NCBI GenBank assembly: GCA_013239625.1
Contig: MU053881.1
Coordinates: 6,285,957 to 6,349,956 of the forward strand
Origin: Lama guanicoe
Lineage: Eukaryota
Direction: 5' to 3'
Length of the DNA stretch: 64,000 nt
The notes under the pieces were generated by a model. The model worked only from the letters and a program-made list of their open reading frames with translations. It ran no database searches and was not told the origin of the DNA. The first letter of the stretch is position 1. Each line of letters begins with the position of its first letter. This document shows, one piece after another, positions 52,701 to 64,000 of the stretch. Both the position numbers and the translations under genes were made by a program.

Positions 52701-55154
52701 GTCCTTTACTTAACTGACAGTGCCTATCAGACACACTTTTTACAGTTTCAAAAACACAGATTCTTCTATTATACTAACGTTAACAAATCAACAACTCATA
52801 TATAATCTGATAATTTCAACAGCAGATTTCTTCAATCTAGCCTTAAGTGTAGGATTGAAAATTTGATCCTCAAAAGATGACCATCTATTACACTAAATAT
52901 TAAATCTTCTAAAATTTTAGGAAAAACAATTTGAATAGACTGCCAGAGAACTTAGGAACAGCCCAACATTTACGACGGCCTCAATTTCCAATTAGTCTGC
53001 AGGGAAGATATTTCTATACCTAAGGGGGAGGAAAGGTTCTCTGTTTAGCCTAAACTCACCTTTTAAAAATCATTATTCTTTTAGAAAGGAATCTAAAGAA
53101 TACATGAAAAATTATTAAAAATATCAATTTCCATTAAAAATTTATGCAATGTCTTTATTTTACAAAAATAACATTCTATTAAAATCAACTGACTGAAGTA
53201 GGCCTAACATCAGTGTTTCAGGAATTTAATTTTAAGTGACACCATTTGTTCATAAAACAAAATTCTGCAAATGATCTAAATGTGTAAATAAAGGCATTAT
53301 GTGTATAGATGCTTAAAAGACCTTTTTCTTAAGTGAATTGTAAGCACATTGTTAAAGCACTGCAGTGCATGGGAACAAGCTCCAGGACAATGATGTTCTT
53401 TTAAAAAAAGAACTGTTAATGTTCTTATTCTGATGTTTGTTGAATCACAGTCCAACTAGATTCCTGGCCATGCACTTAAGCACAAACTATTAAATACAAT
53501 AACTAGGTTTCTGTCAGTTTTCTTACCATCTGTATATGAACTAAAGATTTGGGGTAGCCTATGCGCACAGATCTTTTAAAGCATTTATGAAAATAATGTC
53601 ACAAAATCTAATTTCCTAAAAACAATACTGTTTCCTCTTAGTACATTTGAAAGCTTGCTGGAACTATCGTTTTGTACATAAATTGTAAAGAGTTAGGAAT
53701 AAATTTTGCAAGTGATTAAATTCAGATGCATGAATTGGGCAATACTGTCTCTAATTACAAACTTTAAAAAGCTAGTAGGATTAATTAACTATAATATTCA
53801 CAATAATCAGAGTTATGAAAAATATGTATCTCCTTACAGCAAACATTGTCAGATATAAATAAAAATATATATGTAACTGTGTATTAACTTTCAAAAATCT
53901 ATATGTAATTCCACATTGTTTCCACATTTTTGCTTAATTTATTAAAAGGCAAAAACTGATTCATTTAGTGAACAAGTTAGAAATATTTTCTTCTAGAGTC
54001 ATTATGAATATTACAGTTTAGAAAATCAGAGTACATTAGAGAGTTGAAAAACTGTCAGAATAGAATGATTGAAAGAAATTCAAATACACTATATTAAAAC
54101 AAATTTTAGTCTTGTCCTGCATATTACTCAAAGAAAGAAAAAGATACAACTTGCCCTGTAACAAAGATTTAAGCCTGCTTGCTTTATCTCTCTCCCGTTC
54201 TTTCTTTGGAATAAAAAGTGACAATTGAGAGTGATGATTAAAAGTATCTTTCCCTTTTCATTATCTCTAGTTGTAACCTCTATGCTTATTTAAAGCAAGT
54301 TAACATGTAAGAACTTACTATATATATATGAATATACACTTACTGCTTGGCTCCATTGAGAAACTATAAATTTCATCTATTGAACATTAGCAAAAAATTA
54401 CATGTGTTTATCATCTGGATTATTCTCAGATTAATAGAGATAAATGACAAAACATAATCAGTAGCAGCTCTGCAACTTAATCATTGCATCTGAGCTATAG
54501 GAAGCACTTAATTACTCTCATTTACTAGGTTCAATCTAATGAGAAAGCATTAGCCAAATGAAAAGAATGCAGTACAAACAAACAAAATAGTTATACCATC
54601 ATTAAAAAGAAACTCTGACAGTGCAGGTGACAGCATAGGCAGGATAAATTACCATAATGTTCTAAATGCTGAGCTGTCAGCATGCTAATGCCATGATCAG
54701 ATACCCTGGGAATCTCAGCACTATAGTTGTCAGAAACAGGTATCATAAATCACCTCTCTCTACTGTACGGCTCATTATCACAGCTATAGTATACATGTTT
54801 TTCAGCATACTTCAGTACAAATTTGAAGGCAACACTTATTCTTATGAGTGGGTCTGTTTACTCTTGCAGACAATTCTTACCTAATAAATGGATATTTTAT
54901 TTTGCAATAATTATGGGGTCTTAGAACATGATAGGTCTCTGGTTTTTGATTCATAAACCATTTGAATGAACAGACAGCAAAAACAGCACATTTCCCCAGA
55001 TAGTGTATGTACAATATAGTAGCAGTGAGCTTGATAAATTAACATTATTCCATTTAAAGAAATATCATTATTTGGAAGCCAGTCTTGGATCTGGCTTGGA
55101 GAACAGCAGTAGTAAATACAAATTAGAATCACTACAAATGCCCAGCAACGTTTA

Positions 55155-55452
55155 ATAAAGTCATCTAGAAAATGAAAAGGCAATCTACAGAATGGGAGAA
55201 AATATATCTGATAAGGGGTTAATATCCAGTATATATAAAGAAGCCACACAACTCAGTAGAAAAGAAAACCAAACAATCCGATTAAAAAATGGCAGAGGCT
55301 CCAAATAGACATTTTTCCAAAGAAGACATAAAAATGTCCAACAGGTACATGAAAACGTACTCCACATCACTAGTCATCAGGGAAACGCAAATCAAAACCA
55401 CACTGAGGAATCACTTTATACCTATCAGAATCACTCTTATCAAATAGACAAG
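55155..55452 (+). mobile_element. Older L1 ORF2 3' fragment, left part (target of later L1 insertion)
   Basis: aaaatgaaaaggcaatctacagaatgggagaaaata...atcagggaaacgcaaatcaaaaccaca; resumes at about 63905. Confidence 0.88.
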
Positions 55453-58400
55453 AGGAGGGAGACTGCCAAGATGGCAGAGTACAAGGACTAACTCAGCTTC
55501 TCTCACAATTACACCAAAACTACACCTACGTATGAAACAAGTCATACAGAATACCTACAGAACTTTGGCAGAACAGCTCTTAGTTCAGAAATAAAAGAAG
55601 AATCCTCAAAATAAGGGTAGGAAAAAAACAAGAAAGAAAGAATAAAGGAAGTCAGCACAGGACATGTCCCCTAGGGAGGCAATGGCAAAGGAAGAAAAGC
55701 ATCCTCACCCTGGGGATCTCCATCTCCAGTAGGGAGGCCAGAGGGGACAAAAAAGACGTTCAGAGGCCTGGAGGAAAAGCCAGTAGCTGTTTGGCAGACA
55801 GAACTGAGAGAAATCATAACAGAGGGTCCCTGTGATCCCTAGCCCGAGACACAAGCCAGTGGGGGCCGCCAGGATTGGCTGCTGAAGCTAGGGCTTCCAC
55901 CAACAAACCAAAGTAGAGAACTGGGGCTGACTGCACAGAGGCAGCCTCAGGCAGCTAGAGTGTGGTGCAGGCTGAGGCTGGGAGACAGTGCAAATCAGCC
56001 TGGGTCCCTCCACAGAGAGCACCACTGCTGGAGAGTGTGGGAGGAGGGGCGCAACTCAGCCAGGCCACAGCAGCCATCCCCACTAGCCCCAAGGGCATTG
56101 CTCGGCACCACTGTTGGCAAGCATTCTCCTAAGAAGAGAGACAGGGTTCAGACACAGTCATATTATTGGCTTGCTCTACAGGGGTACAATCACTGGTACA
56201 CTGCTGCTGGGCAGAGACAGGGCTGAAACCTGAATTCATACCCAGGGGTCTTGCAACTTTGCAGGTGGGACTGAGATTTGATTCTAGCCCCAGGCGGCAG
56301 TGACAGATCTGTGACACTGGTGCTTTTGTGGACCTGTGCCACTGAGACAAAAGAGAAGAGTTCTGGCACACAGAAGAAGCAGATTTGGTATTATCAGCCG
56401 GCCTTCTTACTGTACACAGATGCGGGGTTGGGGTCTGGGTTGAGCCTGTGGTCCATGGTGAATCTGGATGTGTGACTGCATGCACACCATGTGGGCCCTA
56501 GTGCCAGAAGTCAGCAGATCTGCACTGGTGGCTCTGATGGGATGGAACATGGGGGACACCAGGGCAGGTTGCTGACATTCTGGTGGCTGAGGCAGGGACA
56601 AGGGTAGCATCAACAAAGTGTACCTTGTAACACCACATAACAAGCAATAGACAACACCACAGAAGGCAGTTTCCAATGGACATCTCCTGTAGAGGAATAC
56701 TCAATGGCTCCTTTTCCAGTGGAAGTGCTCCAATCTCACCTACCACACACTGCAGCTCAGAAACAGGTCTAGAAGCCTCTATTCCAACAACAGAGGAGCA
56801 GACCCAGCACCTGTCAGGGCTGTGACAACCACAGAGCAAAGAGGAGGCACTTCTCAACAACCACAGTAAGCTCTGGTCACCACACCACCAAGCACACCCC
56901 CAATCAAGGGGATAACAGTCAGCATACATGGGGGGAGAGACAAGGCAACCATCCACACTACAAACAGCCCTTGTGACAAAATTATTAGATGTGCAGTATA
57001 CACAAGGACACTCCCACTTTAAAAAAAAAAACAGCCCTTCAAGACCAGAGTAGGTAACTGTTATTCATAAATTCACAAAGTCAGAGAAATATAAATAAAG
57101 TGAAGAAGCAGGGCAATCACTATAATTAAAAGAACAAGAGAAGTCCCCTGATAGAATGAACAATGAAATAGACCTTGACAGTCAACTAGATCCTGACTTC
57201 AAAAAGGAGATGATAAAAGCATTGAAGGAAATGAGAGCCTATCAATAGAAATGCAGAATACTATAAAAAGGAAATAGAAACTATAAAGGGGAGCCTATTA
57301 AAAGAAGAAAATTCAATTGCTGAAATAAAAGCCAAGCTAAAGGCAGTCAAAAGCAGACTAAATAAAGCAGCAGAACAAGTAAGTAATTTAGAAGACAAGA
57401 TAATGGAAATCTCCCAATCAGAACAGCAGACAGAAAAGCAAATGAAAACCAAGGAAAGCAACCTATGTAGACCTATGGGATAACATAAAGCATGCCAATC
57501 TACGAATAATAGGGGTCCCAGAAGTAGAAGAAAGAGAAAAGGGGATTGAAAAGGCATTTGAAGAAATCAGGACTGAAAATTTCCCAAACTTAAAGAAGGA
57601 ATCAGATACCCATATACAGGAAGCACAGAGGGTCCAAAACAAGATGAACTCAAACAGATCTATACCAAGACATACTATAATTAAGAGGCCAAAGTTAAGA
57701 AAAGATTCTAAAGGCAGCAAGAGAAAAACAAAGAGTTAGTTACAAGAAAACCCCAATATGGCTTTCAGTTGATTTCTCTACATAAACACTGCTGGCCAGA
57801 AGGGAGTCATCAAGATATATTCAAAGTCTTGAATAAAAAAAAAAGTCTGCAACCTTGGATATTCTACCCAGCAAAGCTATCCTATAGAAGAGAAGGAGAG
57901 GTAAAGAATTTCACAGACAAGCAAAAACTAAAAGAATTCAGCAATACTAAACCTACCCTAAAAGAAATACTGAAAGGCCTTCTCTAAACAGAAAGGAAGC
58001 AGGAAGCTACAGAAGAGAAAGTCATAACTGGAAATTAAAAAACTGTAATGAGCTGTAAGAGAATAAACATGAAGATGTAAGAGACCACATCAAAATCATA
58101 AAATGTGAGACAAGAGAGTGAGAAAATGTGATTTTTTTTTTTACATTCTTTTTAGGATATGTTTGAGTCTATATGACTACCAGTCTAAAGCAAACAGATA
58201 TAGTAATGGGATAACATCCTTGAAAAAACAGGGTAACCACAAATCAAAAACATACAATTGAGTCACAAAAACCAAAAAGAAAACAAGCTAATACAAAAGA
58301 AAATTACCAAACAACAAAAAGAAAAACAAAAAGAAAGGAACAAAGAAGAAATACCAAATCAACTGGAAAACAAAGTTTAAAATGGCAATAAACAGACATC

Positions 58401-61400
58401 TGTCAATACTTACAGTAAATGTCAATGGACTAAATGCTCCAATCAAAAGATATGGAATGGGAGACTGGATAATAAAACAAAAGCCTACAATATGCTGCCT
58501 ATAAGAGACCCACTTTAGGGTGAAGGAAACATACAGATTGAAAGTGAGAGGATGGAAAAAGACATTTCATGCAAATGGAAATGACACCAAAGTGGGGACA
58601 GCAATACTCTTATTAGACAAAATAGACTTTAAAACAAAGGTCATAAAGAAGGAAACCATATAATGACCAAAGAAGCAATACAAGAAGAGGGCATTACACT
58701 TGTTAACACCCAATTTAGGTGTGCCTAAATATATAACACACAAACTAACAGACACTGATGGGAACACAATAACAGTAGGAGATGTTAATATCCCACCAAC
58801 ATCATTGGACAGATATTCCAAACAGAATATCAATAAGACAATGGAAATACTAAATGACACAACAGAACAGTTGGACTTGGTTGTTATTTTTAGGACACTA
58901 CATATCCCCTGAAATGAAATACACATTCTTTTCCAAGGCACATGTAACATTTTCTAGGATAGACCACATACTCAGACACAAAAGAAGCCTCAGCAAATTT
59001 AAGAGGATAGAAATTATTTCAAGCATCGTTTCTGACCACAATGGCATGAAACTATAAATTAACCACAGGAAAAAAAAATTGAGAAAAAAATGACCACATG
59101 AGACTAAACAATATGCTACTAAAAAATCAAGGGTCTTGCCACAGTATTACTGAAGAAAAAGAAAGAGGCTGGAGGAATAACTCTCCCAGACTTCAGACAA
59201 TACTACAGAGCTACAGTCATCAAGACAGCATGGTATTGGTACAAAAACAGACATATAGACCAATGGAACAGAATAGAGAGCCCAGAAATGAACCCACAAA
59301 CTTTTGGGCAACTAATCTTCAACAAAGGAGGCAAGAATATACAATGGAATAAAGACAGTCTCTTCAGCAAACAGTGTTGGGAAAACTGGACAGCAGCATG
59401 TAAAGCAATGAAGCTAGAACACTCCCTTACACCATACACAAAAATCAACTCAAAATGGCTCAAAGACTTAAACATAAGACAAGATACAATAAACGTCCTA
59501 GAAGAAAATATAGGCAAAACATTATCTGACATACATCTCAAAAATGTTCTCCTAGGACAGTCTACCCAAGCAATAGAAATAAAAGCAAGAGTAAACAAAT
59601 GGGACCTAATTAAACATACAAGCTTCTGCACAGCAAAGGAAACCATAAGTAAAACAAGAAGACAACCTAAAGAATGGGAGAAAATTTTTGAAAATGAAAA
59701 CGACAAAGGTTTTATCTCAAGAATAGATAAGCAGCTCATACGACTTAATAAGAAACAAACAAACAACCTAATCCAAAAATGAGCCAAAGACCTAAACAAG
59801 CAATTCTCCAAGGAAGAAATACAAATGGTCAATAGGCAAATGAAAAAATGTTCAATATCACTAATTATCAGAGAAATGCAAATCAAAACTATGATGAGGT
59901 ATCACATCACACCAGTCAGAATGGCCATCATTCAAAAATCCACAAACGACAAATGCTGGAGAGGCTGTGGAGAAAAGGGCACCTTCCTACACTGCTGGTG
60001 GGAATGCAGTTTGGTGCAGCCACTGTGGAAAACAGTATAGAGATTCCTCAAAAGACTAGGAATAGACTTCCCATACGACCCAGGAATGCCGCTCCTGGGC
60101 ACATACCCAGAAGGAACCCAACTTCAAAATGACACCTGCACCCCAATGTTAATAGCAGCACTATTTACAATAGCCAAGACATGGAAACAGCCTAGATGTC
60201 CATCAACAGATGACTGGAGAAAGAAGATGTGGTATATTTTACAATGGAATACTATTCAGCCATAAAAACCAACAACATAATGCCATTTGCAGCAACATGG
60301 ATGTTCCTAGAGAATGTCATTCTAAGTGAAGTAAGCCAGAAAGAGAAAGAAAAAGACCATATGAGATCGCTCATATGTGGAATCTGAAAAAAAAAATACA
60401 AATCAGAAACAGAATCATAGACATAGAATACAAACTTGTGGTTGTGGTAGCCAAGGGGGTAGGGGATGGGAAGGGACAGATTGGGATTTCAAAATGTAGA
60501 ATAGATAAGACATAACATTGTAAAATGATTATAACTCAATAAAAAATATTAAAAAAAAGAGATCTGAATGCTAAAAAAAAATCATGGGTCAACAATGAAA
60601 TCAAAGAGGAGGTTAAAATGAAAGAGGAAATTAAAAAATACCTTGAGACAAATGACAATGAAAACACAATCACACAAAACCTATGGGATACAGCAAAGCA
60701 GTCTTAAGAGGGAAGTACATAGTGATACAGGCCTTCTTCAAAAAAACAACAAACCCCCCCAAACAAACAAACAAAAAACAAGAAGCTCAAATAAACAACT
60801 TAATTTACCACCTAAAAGGATTAGAAAAAGAAGAAAACACAAAACCTAAATTCAGCAGGAAAGAAATAATGAAGATCAGGAGGAAGTAAATAAAAGAGAT
60901 TTTTTTTTAAAAAACGCAGAAAAATCAATCAAACCAGGAGCTAGTTTTTTGAAAGAGTAAACAAAATTGATAAACCTCTGGCTAGGCTCACCAGGAAGAA
61001 AAGCGAGAAAACACAAATAAACAAAATAAGAAAGGAAAATGGAAAAATCACGACCAACACCACAGTAATAAAAAAAAACCATAAGAGAATACTATAAACA
61101 ACTGTATGACAACAAAGTGGACAACTCAGAAGAAACAGACAAGTTTCTAGAAAAATACAGTTCACCAAACCTGAATCAAGAAGAAACACATAATTTTAAC
61201 AGACTGATCACTAGAAGTGAAGTAGAATCAGCAATAAAAAATAAAGTTCCCTGTGAGCAAAGATCCATGAACAGATGGCCTCACCAGAGAATTCTACCAA
61301 ATATACAAAAAAGGACTTATACTGATCCTTCTCAAACTCTCCTAAAAGACCAAAGAGGAGGGAATACTCCCAGAGGGAATACGCCCAAACTTATTCTATG

Positions 61401-63900
61401 AAGCCACCATCACCATGATACCAAAACCAGACAAAGACACTACCAAAAAAGAAAATTAAAGGCCAATATCACTGATGAACATAAATGGAAAACTCCTCAA
61501 CAAAATACTAGCAAACAGAATTCAACAACACATAAAAAAGATCATACACCATGATCAAGTTGGATTCATCCCAGGGACACAAGGATGGTTCAACACACAC
61601 AAATCAATCGACATGATACACCACACCAACAAAAGAAAGGACAAAAAACACATGATCATCTTAATAGATGCAGAAAAAGCATCTGATAAAATTCAACACC
61701 CATTTATGATAAAAACTCTTACCAAAGTGGGTAAAGAGGGAACAAATCTCAATATAATGAAAGTTATTTACGACAAACCCACAGTCAACATAATACTAAA
61801 CAATGTAGAGTTGAAAGCCTTCCCACTAAGATCTGGAACAAGACAAGGATGGCCACTCTCATCACTTCTATTCAACATAGTATTAGAAGTCTAGGCCATA
61901 GCAATCAGACAAAAAAAAAAAAAAAGATCCAAATTGGAAGAGAAGAGGTATAATTGTCACTTTATGTGGATGACATGATACTATATACAGAAAACCCTAA
62001 AGGCTCCATACTAAAACTACTAGAGCTGATAAAAGAATTTGGCATAGTATATAAGATTAACATACAGAAATTAGTTGCATTTCTTTATACTAACAATTAA
62101 ATATTGGAAAAGGACAGTAAAAAAGTTTCTTCTAAAATCACATCCCAAAAAAACCCCAAAATACTTAGAACTGCAAAACATTTATGATTAAAAAAATTAC
62201 GGATGACTTAAAGAAATGGAAAGATGTCCTATGTTCTTGGATTGGAAGAATTAATATTGTTAAAATTGCCATACTATCCAAAGCAATCTACAGATTTAAT
62301 GAGATCCCTATCAAATTACCTATGACATTTTATATGGAATCACAAAAGACCCAGAACTGCCAAAGCAATACTGAAGAAAAGGAATCAAGCTGGAGGAATG
62401 ACCCTCCCAGACTTCAGACACTGCTACAGAGCTACAGTAATGAAAACAGCATAGTATTGGCATAAAAACAGACACATGAATCAATGGAACAGAATGGAGA
62501 GCCCAGAAATAAACCCACACACCCATGGTCAATTAATCTTTGACAAAGGAGGCAAGAATATACAATGGAGAAAAGACAGTTCCTTCAGCAAATGGTGTTG
62601 GGAAAACTGGACAGTCATATGTAAATCAATGAAGTTAGAACACTCCCTCACATCACACACAAAAATAAACTCAGAATGGCTTAAAGATTTAAACATAAGA
62701 AAAGATACTATAACCTCCTAGTAGAAAACAAAGGCAAAACATTTTCTGACATAAATCACAGCAATCTTCCCCTAGAGCGATCTAAGCAGGCAACAAAAAT
62801 AAAAGCAAATTAACACACGAGACCTATTTAAACTTACAAGCTTTTGCACAGCAAAGGAAACCATAAACAAAACAAAAAGACAACCTACGGAATGGGAGAA
62901 AATATTTGCAAATAATGGGACTGACAAGGTCTTAATCTCCAGAATATGTAAGCAGCTCATACAGCTTAATAACAAAAAAACAAACCACCCAATCCAGAAG
63001 GGGGCAGAAGATCTAAACAAGCAATTCTCCAATAAAGACATACAAATGGTCAATAGGCACATAAAAAAAATGCTCATTAGTATTGCTAATTATCAGAGAA
63101 ATGCAAATCAAAACTACAATGAGGTATCACCTCATGCCAATCAGAATGACTATCATTCAAATGTCCACAAATGATAGATGCTGGAGAGGGTGTGGAGAAA
63201 AGGGAGCCCTCCTACACTGTTGGTGGGAATGTAGTTTGGTGCAGCCATTGTGGAAAACAGTATGCAGATTCCTCAAAAAACTAAAAATAGACTTACCATA
63301 TGATCCAGCAATCCCACTCCTGGGCATACATCTGGAGGGAACTCTAATTTGAAAAGATACATGCACCCCAAAGTTCATAGCAGCAGTGTTATAATAGCCA
63401 AGACATGGTACAACCTAAATGTCCTTCGACAGATGACTAGATAAAGAAGTTGTGGTATATTTATACAATGGAATACTACTCAGCCATAAAAAGAATAAAA
63501 TAATGCCATTTACAACAACATGGATGGACCCAGAGATTATCATATTAAGTGAAATAAATCAGACAGGGAAAGACAAATATTATATGATATCACTGATATG
63601 TGGAATCTAAAAAACAATGATAGAAATCTCAATTACAAACCAAAAATAGACTCATGGACATAGAAAACAAACTATGGTTACCAAAGGAGAAAGGGCGGAG
63701 GAAGGCTAAATTAGGAGTTTGGGATTAACAGATACACATTACTGTATATAAAACAGATGAACAACAAGGACCTACTGCATAGCACAGGGAACTATATTCA
63801 ATATCTTATAATAACCTATAATGAAAAAGAGTATGAAAACAAATATATGTATATATATATGACTGAAGTATTATGCTCTACACTAGAAACTGACACAATT
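55453..63900 (+). mobile_element. Near full-length decayed L1: 5' UTR about 55453-57099, ORF1 about 57100-57987, ORF2 about 58382-63610, 3' UTR
   Basis: Starts ggagggagactgCCAAGATGGC (YY1-type motif); ORF1 end YPAKLSY...KNFTDKQKLKEF...LKEILKGLL; RT motifs [33 protein letters not shown]; many stops and frameshifts. Confidence 0.95.
59136..60575 (+). mobile_element. Younger 5'-truncated L1 nested within ORF2 of the host L1
   Basis: Repeats the ORF2 C-terminal region seen again at 62357-63610; own AATAAA and polyA; TSD aaaaaatcaagggtc (59121-59135) / aaaaaatcatgggtc (60576-60590). Confidence 0.93.
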
Positions 63901-63904
63901 AGAA

Positions 63905-64000
63905 AGAACAGACAAAAAATAGTAAGTATTGGTGAGGATGTGGAAAAAAGGAGCACTGTTGTGTTTTTTGTGCCCAGTTGGTGGGAATGTAAATTGGTGT
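63905..64000 (+). mobile_element. Older L1 ORF2 3' fragment, right part
   Basis: acagacaaaaaatagtaagtattggtgaggatgtggaaaaaagg...gttggtgggaatgtaaattggtg continues the fragment broken at 55452. Confidence 0.8.

Noticed and set aside
56129..56956. Antisense ORFs (118 and 152 aa) in the L1 5' UTR as ORF0 analogues
   Set aside because: GC-richer decayed UTR gives long ORFs by chance; no recognisable similarity; not testable without the subfamily consensus.
59203..59886. Longest ORF in the track (227 aa, minus strand)
   Set aside because: Antisense of L1 ORF2, a common artefact; no independent gene signals.
55453..63900. Active L1
   Set aside because: ORF1 start is degenerate, both ORFs have many stops and frameshifts, and a nested insertion interrupts ORF2.
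1..64000. Prokaryotic systems (CRISPR array, operon, defence island)
   Set aside because: Sequence is clearly mammalian intron-rich DNA with no repeat-spacer array or dense coding.

Overview
This is AT-rich, CpG-depleted mammalian DNA, most likely from a camelid (it carries Vic-1-like tRNA-derived SINEs and a matching young L1 3' end). The whole window lies inside RANBP17 (exportin-7 paralogue) on the minus strand. Four coding exons (19443-19516, 18317-18397, 8061-8124, 7862-7970; exons 15-18 by recalled human numbering) splice into one continuous frame: [109 protein letters not shown](G). Everything above 19516 is the 3' part of a very large phase-0 intron. The ORF track misses these exons; its entries are noise, microsatellite or L1 remnants. 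Highlights: (1) a 10.2-kb U12-type AT-AC intron with nested U2 sites and a second U12 donor motif just inside the next exon; (2) candidate in-frame (60 nt) and stop-containing (75 nt, 33 nt) cassette exons in the large intron; (3) a pristine tailless retrocopy of a tRNA-Asp 5' half with a 16-bp target-site duplication (TSD); (4) a SINE dimer inside one TSD; (5) a triple-nested L1; (6) several enhancer-like motif clusters. I see no convincing wholly new biological system. Repeat family names are from recognition, not a database search, and repeat boundaries are approximate.
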